A stretch of DNA of 64,000 bases from Protoeuglena noctilucae (lineage: Eukaryota): contig OY253681.1 in the NCBI GenBank assembly GCA_958009085.1, forward strand, positions 372,001 to 436,000, read 5' to 3'. This document shows positions 11,158 through 28,630 of this stretch, in pieces. Made by a program: the position numbers and the translations under genes. Under the pieces are notes generated by a model that was not told where the DNA came from, did no database searches, and saw only the letters and a list, made by a program, of their open reading frames with translations. Each line of letters opens with the position of its first letter. The first letter of the stretch is position 1.

Positions 11158-12163
11158 CCTGGCGCCCCTAGTCCTCCACCTAGACGCCGCCGCTGCAGTC
11201 GGCAGGTGCCGCGGGGGTCAGTGCAGTGGCTGCTGGGTCTGAGTTGGGGCACGAGTCCCGTCCCTGCTTTGTCGGCTTCGAATCCTCAAGCACGCTGTTC
11301 GACGCGATTGCTGGACGCCGGCGCTTCTCTCTCGTGCCACCGGAGGCCCCAGGGGAACTTGAGCACTGCTCAAGTTGAGCAGGGCAGGGACCCTGAAAAC
11401 CCCTTGTCAGAGGATGCGTGTCTGCGACTGATTCGTCCGCGACCTGATTCATTCATTTTCGGCACACCAAGTCGGCGCCTTGATGGGCCATCTATTGGCT
11501 CGGCTCACGCATTGGAGCGCAGCCTGCCGGTGCGGGTGCGTGCACAAGCTCCCAGGAAAGACACATTGTACATGCAAAGTCAGGAAATGAGCACAGAATA
11601 CGCCTCGCAGGACGCGCCTCGGGCTGCGGGGCAAAGCATGGATGCGGGAATGGCGTGCCGGGCCACAGGGCCCGGCCGCTAATGGAGAGGGGAGAAGGTA
11701 ACCCATCTGGGTAGCCGAGGGTTGGGCGACGGACAAGCATGCAGGCGAACGCGGAACCAAACCGCGCAGAGCAGACGCCGGACGAACGCGGCATCGTGCC
11801 CTTCGCTCAGGAAAGGGTAGCCGCTACTAAACCTCGAAGTAGGGCCATCCGGGGCACAAACGGTGCCGAAACGGGTCGCGGGAAGCACCGACTTGGGCCG
11901 AACAGGGAAAAGTTGCGCCAACCACGGGCGCAGGGATGGAGGGCGGCGCATGCAGTCTCTCTGAGATGCATACCCCAGCCCATCCGTGCCGGTCGCGGGA
12001 CCATGCGGGGTGGTCAGCTCCCAGGTCTCGGCCGGCTGCCCTGGAGAGCCTCCAGGAGAGGCCCCGAGTTGCCGGCCTCCCGCTCCTGCGAGCGAATGAT
12101 CGATGGGGCCCGCGTGTGCCAGCCCAGATACGACGGGCCATGCGACGCGATGCTCAGCGGCGG

Positions 12164-14417
12164 TCACGGGCACATGCTGTGGCTGCAGTCCGCCCTCAGC
12201 GCCACACGCCGCACCTTGGCGATGGCCGCCCTGAGGTCCGAGGAGGACGCAGCCTCCAAGCTCCGCCGCACTGCGCCCGGCGACACTTGGGACCGGTTGG
12301 CCTGGCTCTCCGCAGTCGCTCGGGTCGACGGCGGCATCGTGATTGTCCCGGACGTCCCCGCGCGCTTCGACACCTCCAGGCGGTCCATCCCCATGAGCAG
12401 GCCCTCGAGCGTGGTCTGCGCACAGCACGATGCATGCACGTGGGCCACGTGAAGCCTCTTGCGGGACACCCCTGGTAGCCTCTCCAATCGCAGCCAGGTC
12501 GGTGAAGGTAGCTAGACACAAAGCACATCGGGAATGTGTCCAGCCAGGCACGATTGCGAAAAGGGTCATTACTGCGGGTCTCACCTCCGAGTCGGAAGCG
12601 CCGTGGTCCCCCGTCGGTCCGCCGGCCGAGGACGCAGGCCTGTTAGGCTCCTGCTGCATCCCCGCAGCGACCGAGCCGGGCGCGGGCGGAGGCGACTGGC
12701 GGATCCACAGCGGGGTGCCGTCCGCCGGGGCCGGGAGCGGCGCCCACTGCGTCTGCCTCGACCCGTCCTGTTGGGGCCAGGACCAGGGCACGCGGGGGTC
12801 GAGCCGCGCGGGTGCGTCTTCGGTGCGCGCGGCGGTCGGCGGGTGCGACAGCTGCGCCGCGTGGCCCGCGGACGCCAGCTGGTGTTGGGCCATGGCCGGG
12901 TGGCCGACCATCGCGCCCTGCAGGCCCGTCGCGGCCATCGACCCGTAATGGCTCCCCATGAGGTGCATCTGGAGCTGGTACGCGTCCGAGGGCCAAACCG
13001 ACGCATTGAGCCCCAACTGGACATGAGGGACCGCCAAGCCGGGCGTGGCCATCGGGGCGTAGATCCCCGCGTGCTGCATGGCCACGAACTGCTGCTGCTG
13101 TTGCTGGAGCTGCTGCAGGTCCATCAGGGTCTGCATCGTCGCCATGTGTTGAGGGGCGACTGCGGGCGGCGGCAGAGGTGGGTGCGTGAGCGGCGCTGCG
13201 GGCGAGCGTCAAGAGGCAGACGGGCTGGCAGGCTGGCGGGCGCAGGTGGATCAATGCTCACCTGCTGGGACTGGCGAGAGGAAATCGAGACTCGCTGCGT
13301 CCATTCCCTGGGGCACGGGGCCGCCCACGGTAGAGTAGGCGAGGCCCTCCTGGCCCTGGTTGCCCATCGGGTGCCCGATCCAGGCGTAACTAGCAGGGAA
13401 CTGGGGAAGCAGCGTAGGAAACACCACGCTGCGGACACGAGAGGGACCCCAAAGTTCAGTCGTGGTATCAAACTCCTCGGCAACCCAGATGCCGCGAACA
13501 CCGGGTGCATGAGGAGTGCATGAGGCCTGTGACAGCTGCCCCTCGCCTTCCTGTTGTTCTGGCTTTGCGCTTGCACTTGTTTTTCGCGAACTGGACGCTC
13601 AAGGGTCTGTGGGCAGGGAAGGGCCGCCAGGTCAGGGGCGGACGAGCCACTCGCGTTGAGGCTGGCCAGAGTGCAAGGCTCGTCGACCCCGCCCGGTCTG
13701 CTTGTATCGATGACCTAGCATGCAGCGACGCTACTCACACTTCGGAACCCTCGGGTAAGAAGCCGTCGAGCTGCTGAATGGCTCGCTGGGCCTCGTCTGC
13801 CGAGCTCATCTGCACGAGCCCGATCCGGAGGGCCCCCGCCCGGCTCTCGGCCATGAAAACTCTGCGGACGCGATGACGTTTCGGTCGGCATCTTGGCCCG
13901 CGTCATCGCAGCGCTGAGATGGCCGGATGACGCGGCCAGCACGCTATCCCCGCACCTGCAGGCCTTTACTCTGCCAGCCAGCGAGAAACAAGAGGTAAGG
14001 TCGCGCGTCTTCCACATTTTGGGCACATTCTTTACGTACAGGTTGTCCTGGCCCTGCGAGGGGGGCGCGCGGGGTCCCGGTGGGCTCGACGCATGCTGGC
14101 CAGGAGCAGCACTGAGACGCCGCGCCGCCAGGGAGAGCGCGCGCCGTCATCGCCAGTGCCACGCGAAACAGAGTGGGGAATGAAAGCGGGCCGAAATGCA
14201 CGTGGGCAAATCGGCGGCCCTGCGGCCCCGTCGTTGGTTGCGGGGGCGTTGGGGGTCACAGGCCTCTCCGCCCCGATCGGGACGCCGCACCGAGGCAAGG
14301 GCTCGCGGGAGTAATCGTGAGCATTAACTACATCGTCTGCAAGCTCCTCACCGCCTCCGTATGGCTGGGGCTGGATGCGGGGAACCCACCCCCTACTACC
14401 ACCTCCCCCCCAGACAT
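12164..14417 (-). CDS. RRM-domain RNA-binding protein with polyQ/low-complexity C-terminal region (5' end uncertain)
   Basis: Spliced exons at ~14050-13547 give QDNLYVKNVPKMWKTRDLTSCFSLAGRVKACRVFMAESRAGALRIGLVQMSSADEAQRAIQQLDGFLPEGSEVPLSVQFAK (RNP2/RNP1-like). Downstream exons carry LQQLQQQQQQF and a P/A/Q-rich region; stop at 12164. The ATG at 14417 is a guess. Confidence 0.7.
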
Positions 14418-14958
14418 GGCAACGAATCGCTGGCACCCCCTTCCCCCTCGGCGCTCCCAGCTGAAAGCGCGAATGGCGTCTCCTGCGGGCGCCGTGACAG
14501 GGTGCGCCTGAGGCTCCGCGCGGACTCGCGTTCCGCCCTCGCATGGGGGCAATGCTGCGCCACCCTTGCGCAGCCCCGTGCATCCACCGCGCCGCGACCC
14601 GCGAGCAGGTGCATGCTATCAATATCGTCACGATGGCGCCACCGTGGTCACGTAAATCGATGGGTGGTGCGCGCACTCGGGCCCTCCTTGCCCGCTCCCT
14701 CGCGAAGTGCCCGGTCGATCTGAATCCCGAATTCGAGCGTACCGCATGAACAATTGGTTGAAATGCGTGGCAACCGCGCACCTGGATGGGGTCGAACGCC
14801 AAGGAGCCGGGCGAGTGCTCGCGAGGGCTTTTCGGTGCCTCCCCGTCCAGCAACGATACACGCGCGCGTGCGCCGCCGTGGCGCTCCTTGCATGCGCGTG
14901 TAGACTAACTCTATGCAACTCCACTCAGATTTGGCTGAGCGTGGTTGGATTGGCCGCT

Positions 14959-20130
<5,172 letters not shown>

Positions 20131-20536
20131 CGCATAGCACCGGAGGGAGCAGCGCGAGCCTTCACCTGCTTGGCAGAGAGACGCAGTTGAGGACATGTGC
20201 CTGTCTGGCGTGTCCTAAGACATTTCTTGTTCTTTGTTCCCTCTCCCATACCACGGACACTTGCGAGCACTTGCAAGTATATGCTAGGCTTCAGCCGCCA
20301 CGCGCGCCCTCGTCACTGTCCCCAGCGCAGCGCAATACTAGGCGACCGCTCCATCAATAGCTCGCCGTCTTGCGCGCGCTCTACGCGCTTTTCCTTCTCA
20401 GCTCGCCCTCTACGCTTGTCATCACAAAGCCACATCCCAACCCCTGCACGGGGTGCGACACCGTCGCCCGCACCCTGCCTGCTCTGCGAGACCCATCATG
20501 GGCTGTTGAATATGCGCTTGAACATACCCGGTGGCT

Positions 20537-21381
20537 TTAGATGGCCGCGGTGATGACGATGGGCCAATCGGGGAACTGCTCGTGCCAGTAGTCGATGCCG
20601 TAGTGCTCCAGCGTCCTTGCACCGTCCTCCAGGTCCTTACCCGCATACGATAACCTGCGATAGAACCGTCACGTCGTCAGGCATCATACGTGCCAAGCAT
20701 TGCCTCACTCGACCCAATCAATTGCACCGATCCCACGCGCGGTCGCTCGCCTCTGCAGTGCGGGCGGGACGCCGCCGACGCGGGCGATGATCATGCGCAT
20801 CTCGTGCAGGCGCATCTTGGAAGGGACCTGCGAGCGTCGAAGGATCCGCAGAGCAACGTGGTAGACACCGATGCGTGAGCGCGAATGATGGCATCAATGG
20901 AGGTTGACATCTGCGCCTGCGCCTATGGTGCGCGCTGCACAAGCACACATGCACACCTCGATTTGGAAGGGCCCGCCCCTGTGCCTCCCGTCGGGGCCCA
21001 CGCCTGCCCCGTACTCGTCGTCGCCGTGCAGCTCGCTCCGCACCCACAGGCGCATACGGGGCAGCCCCGCGTAGAGCTCGCCCCGCGGCACGTAGCCGTG
21101 CGGGACGCCGGACTGGAACGCCGCCTCGCGATCCGCATCCTCCTGCTCCTTGGTCGGACTGAGGGCGATAGATAGATGCACGATAGATGCACAAAGGCGC
21201 AGGATTGGCGACGGGCGAGGCAAGCAAGGTGGGTCACTTTTACGGCCCTCACAGTGCTGGCAGTGGCTGCTCACTTGTACATCGGGCTCCATTCCGACAG
21301 CTGGCCGCCGTCGCGCTGCATGACGGGCTTGTAGCGCTTGTCCTCGGGGACCCAAGGATAGTGGTTCGGGGGCACGTTCAT
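20537..21381 (-). CDS. Ubiquitin-like domain protein without C-terminal diglycine (upstream exon near 21773 possible)
   Basis: Four phase-consistent exons give ...MRLWVRSELH...PFQIEVPSKMRLHEMRMIIARVGGVPPALQRLSYAGKDLEDGARTLEHYGI..., matching ubiquitin [27 protein letters not shown]. Ends ITAAI*. Confidence 0.75.
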
Positions 21382-22160
21382 GAAGCCTGTGCGGCCTGTG
21401 CCTGCATGTACGTGGAGCTTTGAACGCGCTTATAGCAAGACGAGCCCGTTACACCGGCAGGAGCGGGCAAGAGGCCAGCACGAGGCACGGAGCGTGCGCA
21501 TGGGCGTGCGCAAGCTCACGAGCCTCTGCAACGCCCGAGGCACGGTACACAGGGTCATTAAGAGAGTATCAGTGCGATGCCATGCAAATTACGGGTGTGC
21601 GGACCGTGAGTCGGCGCGGCAAGTGTGGTGACTGTTTGCATGACCGTGAGAGCGGCGGCGGCTCTCTCGCACGGTGAGGGGTTCCACGGGGACGAATCGT
21701 CGGCATGAGGGTTCGTCGTCACCCCGTAGAAGCCCTGCATGTCGCCCTCGCTGTAGAAAACGTGGGCGGGCATCGTTCGTCCGTCGCAGTGCTCGCCCTG
21801 GCTGGGGATCCTATGGGTCATGCAGAAATTGCAATAATGATGCGCTTGTTCTCCGTCCTCAGACGTGCGATCGCTGTCGTCGCTGCGGTGCCAGTGGCAC
21901 TGGCGTTGTTGTGCGCGCTCCGCGGCCCCTGGCGCTCAAGTGTGCGCAGCGATAAAGGCGGGACAGCAAGAGAGCATCCGGGCATCGTCCTGCCGAGGGA
22001 GGCCCCTTCCGCAGCGCGCATTGCGGGCGTGCCACGATCTCGACATCTTGGGGGGAGGCCCTGAAACGGGCAGGATCGATCCTGGCTAGTTTTTCCAGCG
22101 GCTTGCTGGTGTCAACGAGAGGGGGGGCTCTATCGGGCCAGGGCCGCGCGGGACGGGGTG

Positions 22161-25100
22161 ATGGCGGGGGAGGTTCGGCAGCGCTTCCTCTCGGCCATCG
22201 CGGTCCTCTACGATCCGGGGGCGTCGGGAACCGATAGAGCAGCGGCGGACAGGCGAGTGTCGGGACTCCGACGTCCTCGCGGGGCCCCCTCGCCGCCCCG
22301 AGGGCCCTACATTCTATCCCCGCGACGCTGGCAGCCCCCCTCGCGCCTGGGCCGCGCGCGCCGTCGCCGCAGCACAGCATCTCTCAATTCTTACGCAGAT
22401 GGCTCGCCGAATGGCAGATGGACGACGTCGCGTGGAGCCTGGCGGACGAGCTGCTGCACGACGCATCGATGCCGCAGCAGGTCCACTTCCTCTGCAGCCA
22501 GACGCTGCGCACGAAAGTGGAGCGGGACTTTGACGATTTGCCGGAGAACGCGTTTGAGCCGCTCAGGGACTCGCTCATGTCGCTCCTCTTCAAGTTCGGC
22601 GAGGGCGTGCCATCCGTTCGCACCCAGCTGTGCCTGGCGCTGGCCGCGATGACTGCGCACGTCCCGAGGGCCAAGTGGGGCGCGAACGGCCCAGTCGCGT
22701 GGTTTGCAGAGAAGCTCGGCTCCGCCTCAGGTGTGTGGCCCGCCATGCCGGCGCTGGGATGCGGCGCTGTGCAGCAGCGTGCGCGCATCTCTCATCCCAT
22801 CGATGCCCCGCTGACCCCGCTGCGCTCTTCTCATCTCTCGCAGAGTCCGTCGCGCTGCCATGTATGCTGGAACTCCTCACGGTGCTTCCCCAAGAGGCTC
22901 ACAACACGAAGGCAGCCGGTGAGCCCACAAGCCACAGTATGCACAGCAGCTGCCCATTGGCGCATATCGAATCATACTCTCATGACCCCTTTGCGGCGTT
23001 GGCCCCTGTTTTGCTTGGCTCTTTACCCACACATTGCGCTTCGCCCTCCTCGCTCGTCCTTTGCCCACCCACACATGAGATTCCAATGCGCCCTCCTCCC
23101 GCAGTCCACCCGGACCGCCGCGCCGCCTTCCGCCACGAGATGCGGCAAGCAGTGGGGGATGCCCTGCAAGTGCTCTCCGCATGTCTCAACCTCTCAGCAG
23201 ACCGCCTCAGGTGAGACGCCCTTATCGCATCTCTCTCTTTCGCCTTGCACTGTCCACTCCAGTCCTGTGCCAGGCTGATTTGACTCACTACCATTGTCAG
23301 CACTGCGTCACTTGCGACCGTCGTCAGCTCGTTCTTATCAGCGCAACTCATCTCCTATACTGCCAGCGCCCAGTGTTGTCCTGCCACCCGACTACCGTCG
23401 CGGCTGCGCCACGCCACCCACAGCACGTTTCACACAGCACGTCTCGCGTATCTCACTCCCAGGGAGCACCTTCTTCAGGCGTTCGGGTCGTGGATTCGGC
23501 TGTCGGGGGGTCTCGGCTTTGACGGCGCCACGCTGCAGGCACACCCGCTGACGCGGGCTGCGCTTGATGGCTTGAATCGCCTCGAGACGTTCGACGCGGC
23601 TGTCAACGCTGTCTCAGACCTCGTGTGGTGCACTGCGGAGGAGGGGATGCCGGAGGTGAGGTGCTGGCTGGGGCAGGGAGGGTGGCAGTGGGGTGCGTGA
23701 GGGTGGCATCACAATTACAGCGAGCGACACGAGCACATGCGCAGTAAGCAGTTTGCTATTGCGCATTTTGACACCACGCCCGGCACAAGCCGCGTCATCC
23801 ACCTCACCCCACCTTGTCCTACCTCACCCAGCCCCCCAACCACCGCCGCAGCCGCGCATGATGCCTCTGGTCAACGACCTGGTCCCCGCCATCATGGCCC
23901 TGCGCCCCCGCTTCGCGGTGTGCGCGCGTCGCGCTGCGGGCGAGAAAGCGTCTCCCCGGGCGCTGCACGGTTACGACGATGACGAGGAGACGGCACGGGG
24001 CATGGCGCGGCTGTTCGCCGAAGTGGGGGAGGCTTACGTGGGTCTGATCGCTACGGGGGAGGACTCGGTGCTGGAGCCGGTGCAGGCGCTGTTGGAGGTG
24101 GCCGCCCACGCGGACGACGACGTGTGCAGCACGAGCTTCCTGTTCTGGCACAGCCTGTCGGAGAAGGCGAGTGACGTCTGTGCATGTGTGATGATGAGAC
24201 AGCGTGGGGCGCAGTGCTTTGTGCTTTGTGTTTGCTGAGTTTGTGAGTTTGTTAGATGGCTGTGTGGCTGTCGTGTGACCCGCTGCGTACCTGACGCATG
24301 CCTTCGCCCTCACCACCCCCGCAGCTCTGCGAGCAGCGCCGCGCCCCCGGCCCGAACTTCAACACGGTCCTGTCCAAGTTCACCCCTTGCTTCGAGAGAC
24401 TTATGCAGCTCGTGCACCACCGCGTCAAATACCCATTAGATTACGGTGAGGGGTCAACAGAGGGGTCCAAACCGAACCGCGTCTCGGGTTCTTTCGGATG
24501 CCCCGCGAGTGTACGGTCACGGTCGCGTGTTCAATACCTTCAGACACCATGACGGAAAAGGAGAAGCGGGAATTGAAGGACGGGAGGTACAAGGTGGCAG
24601 ACACGCTCGAGGATTGCGCCAACGGTGAGCATGGCATGAATTTGCACTAGTGAAAGAGTGAGCCCTGGCAAGCACGGCATGCGGATGTGAGTGCGGATGG
24701 ACCTTACAATAGTAAGCACTCGTTGCCCCGCAGTGCTGCTGGGTGAGAGGAGCATCAGCATCCTGGTGCAGCCTCTGAGGGACCTGTCGGCTGCCGTGGC
24801 ACAAGGGCAGCAGTTTGACTGGCGAACGGCAGAGGCGGCGCTCTACTGGTGAGCGCACAGGCACTCTGCGCTTTAATACGGCCGCATCGCATCGCATGGC
24901 ATCTCATTGTTTGGTTGGTCGAGCCACACGGGCGGCAGCCGTGCGTCCATCGCGTGACCTGCGCACGCCAATGCACACGCCGCCCCTCCCGCGCGCAGTG
25001 TCCGCTCCATCCACATCCAGGGCCAGCGCGCGCCCGTCGAGCAGCTCGTCGAGCTGTTCTCGGTGCTCCCACAAATGCCCAAGGTCCCCAAGCTGCAGGC

Positions 25101-27993
25101 GAGTTTGCTGACAGGGCTGCGACCGCAACGACGCACGACGCACTGTGCGGACCCAAGACACAGGGTCACGAGGAAGCATAAAAATCTTTGTGTGGACTCC
25201 CGCCCAGCCCAACCTGCACCATTGCCCCTCACACCGCCTTCCCTCCTCCCTGCCAACCCAACCCGCGCCACCGCCCCTCCTCCGCCATCGCAGTACACGG
25301 TGGCCCTGACGTGCCAGGCCTACGCCGACTGGGTCGCCTCTCCCCAGGCGTCCTCCGCGTGCCCGGGGCTCCCCGAGGCCGTCTTCCAATTGGTGTCAGA
25401 CGGCCTGACGTCACCGGAGGCGTCGTTTGCGGCGGCCCCGGCCATGTTCCACATATGCGACGCGCTGACCAAGGCCAACTCCCCCGCGCTCCCGGCCGTC
25501 GCGCCCCGCGTGCTCGCGGCCGTGCAGGCGGTGCAGCCCGCCGGGGAGCTCTCGCGATCGGGCGGCGCCGCGGCCGTGTTGCCGGTGGCAGAGGTGGACG
25601 TGCTGCACGTGCTCAAGGCCGCGGCCGTGCTGGCACGCACGCTGGCCGAGGGGCAGGCATCGGAACTCGCGAGGGTGAGCTTGACACTTGTATTCGTCCC
25701 CTTTCCACACTGTTACCTAGTAGTTGCACTCAGCTGCCCCGCACCTCCGCTCTCCCACCCCAGGTATTGCTGGAGGACCCCGTCCGCGCCTTCACGGCCG
25801 CGTCCGAGCAGCCGTCCATCTCCCAAGGCACCCGGGAGTACCACGTGGTTCGTGCTATGGCCGACCGGGTGTCGACCGTAGCAAGATTCGCCCCCACCTC
25901 CCTCGCGGACCTCGTCGTGCAGGCGAGTCGTAGCAGCGATTGACAACAGAATGTGCTATGTATGCCGTCCATGCCATCCACACCATGTGTGTTTACAGGC
26001 TCTTGCTTGCTGCATCTAACAGGGGCACACGCCCCTTATGCCCTCATGTGACTCATGTGCGCTGCCCCGCAGGTCCTGGTGAGCATGTGGCCGGCCGTGA
26101 CGCGCGTCCTGGAGCGGTGTGGGGGCGACATGGATGTCGTGGAGGGCGTGTGTCGGATGGTACGATATGTCATTAAGCAAGCGGGGGTGCGCGTGCAGGT
26201 GAGAGGGGGGGATGGCGTTAGCAGGTACCAGAGAACGCTCGTAAGACTTGGGTTACCCAGTGGAGCAGGGACAACATCTGACCCACACTCCTGCGCTACC
26301 CCACCCACGGCCCCGCACCACCCGCACCACTGCCACCGCACCATAGAACCCGTCACCAGCCCCTCTCCGCCCATACCCTAACTTCGCTACTCCACCCTCC
26401 CTGTTCCCCCCGCCGCAGCCCCTCCTCGGTCCCCTCTGTGCCCTTCTCCCGGAGATGTTTGCCTCTCAGCGCCAGTCGTGTTACCTTTACGTCACTTCGG
26501 AGATCATCAAAGTGTACGGACCCACGCCGGGGAGCGTCGAGTTCTTGAGACCGCTCTTCATGGCCGTCCTGGAGAAGGCGCTGGGGTGAGATGATCACGG
26601 GGGTGGGGATGAGGGGGTGTGATGTGACTGTGCTTGGAGACATGCGTTTGCTGTCCCCATGCTTCCGACATGGCAAGGTGCATGGCATGTTGCAAGCTTG
26701 TCTTTGTTGGCATCAACGTTCTCGCGCCTCCCTGCAGGGCCCTCCCGGACCAAGCTGCCTTCACGGCACGTCCCGACATCGCAGATGACACCTTCCTGCT
26801 GCTGGGGCGAGGTGAGCCGTGCTTTGATGTAAGACACGCGCCAGGGTGTGAGCTCTTCCGCATCCACGTGATCTCTCCCTCCCAGTGCTGACCTGATGCC
26901 CGCAGCTGGTAGTCATGGCTACCACTCGCCCATTCCTCTCCCCCGCAGTGCTGAGCTACTGCCCGGAGCTCATGACGGCGCCGCTGCTGCAGGCCTCCGT
27001 CAACGCGGCACTCATGGGCATCCACGTGCAACACATGGAGACGTGCTCGTCCATCGGTGAGCTACATGACCCAACATCCACGCCCAATGCACTCGTTTTA
27101 GCCGATATAGTGCACTGGCCTATGTGTGCTGCCGGGTCACTGCCCTCCCTTACCCCTCATGAGCCGCTCGCCGCCCTCCGCTGCCCACGCACCCCGCTGC
27201 GCCCGACCCGGCTAGTCGCGAACCCCCCTCGTGGCGCGCGCACTCGCAGCGGGCTTCCTGCACACGTCCACGTCGCCCACCGCGATCGCCAAGGCCAGCA
27301 CCCGCGCCCCCGACATGCTGAGCCTGGCACGGTCGGTGTACGGCCAGCCCCAGACCGGGCCCCGTGCCGCGCGGCTCCTCGTGGCCTCCGTCCTCGGAGT
27401 GGCGCCGTGGAAGCTCCTCGAGGTCGTCTTGGAGCCCCTGCTGGCGCTGGTCAGGTGAGGCACGGGGCGGGTGCAGTTGTGGGGCAGGTGAGGTGAGACG
27501 GTGTGCGCTGGTGGCGCGGGTGAGGCAATTAAGTGCTGCTGACGCCGAAGCCCTCGGCACGCCGGCGCAACCACCAGCGCCCCGCGTCCCGCACGCAGGC
27601 TGCTGGGTCTCCCGGCCGTGGAGTGGATCCAGGCGGCCCTGCAGGACGTGCCAGAGAAGGCGGTGCCCGTGACGGACAAGCAGCGCCTGCTGCAGGGGCT
27701 GCAAGCCGTGGCGCAGCTGGACCTCGGGGCCGAGGAGACCAGGTGTGACGAGGACCGCGGCGCCCAGGACCGCGGTCCTGGCCGCGTGGCCCGAGCGAAG
27801 CGAATGCCTGGTGGGATCACGCCGCGCCCGCTGCCCAGCCACGCCCGCTGCCCGCTGCACCGGCCGCAGGGTGTCGTACGTGACGGAGGGCGTGGTGCGG
27901 GAGAGCCTGCGGATGGCGGAGTACTGCCGGCGCGCGCCCAAGATATCGGTGGCGGTCGTCGGGGCGGTGATGAGGCCGCTGATGGCGGCGTAG
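22161..27993 (+). CDS. TNPO3: Importin-beta family transportin-SR (TNPO3/MOS14-like), many exons
   Basis: N-terminal AADRWLAEWQ..AWSLADELLH..FLCSQTLRTKVERDFDDLP, VRTQLCLALAAM, LELLTVLPQE, MARLFAEVGEAY, FLFWHSL, WRTAEAALYC, RPDIADDTFLL; HEAT-like helical repeats. Confidence 0.85.
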
Positions 27994-28630
27994 CGTCGAC
28001 GCGTGCCGGGTTGTGCTGCAGCTGTGAAACCGCACTGCACCGACACTCCCGCTCTGACGCCCCGCTGTCCCTTGGCGCGCCCCTTAGCGGCCTCGCTCGC
28101 CATACCTACGCCACAAACTATAGCTAACTGCAACCATGGGCCGCCCTACGGATGGCCAGGACTCGAGGCCGGCACATTCAGGCACCGGTCGCTGAGCAGG
28201 CGCGGAACCACGCGCTTCCCCGCGTTGACACAGACGAGATTGGGCTCCATCGACTCCACCGTCCGTGCTGGAGGTGCACGGTGACGCGATTCTCCCAAGC
28301 AGGGGCGGCGCGCCACCCTGGGAGCCCGGGAGCCAAGGCGAGCGCTGACATCGTACAATTCGTGTTATAAGTGTCGCCAGCGCCACCACACTGAGCATCC
28401 ATATGGACTCGCCGACCCGCAAGCAAAGCTACCCGACAGACCCCCTGGGCCCGACTCGGAAATTTTTCGCGGCATCTCTCTGCGCGTCCTGTGTTGCCCT
28501 GGTTTCGGGATGGCGGCCATGCACGCGCGCAACCCCGTGCGCCCCGTGTGGCAGCGGGATGGAAGCTGCTTTTCATATTGACGACGGCAACATGTTGACC
28601 AATCCTGCTCGGTCCTGCTCGCAGTGAAGG

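Noticed and set aside
24182..24301. Box C/D snoRNA-like arrangement in a TNPO3 intron (ATGATGA ... CTGA with a 7-bp terminal stem)
   Set aside because: The D-box candidate coincides with the likely branch point about 30 nt from the acceptor, and I found no rRNA-complementary guide.
28393..28410. Palindrome TCCATATGGA upstream of the SPX gene as a PHR/PSR1 site
   Set aside because: It does not match the P1BS consensus GNATATNC; a single short palindrome is expected by chance.
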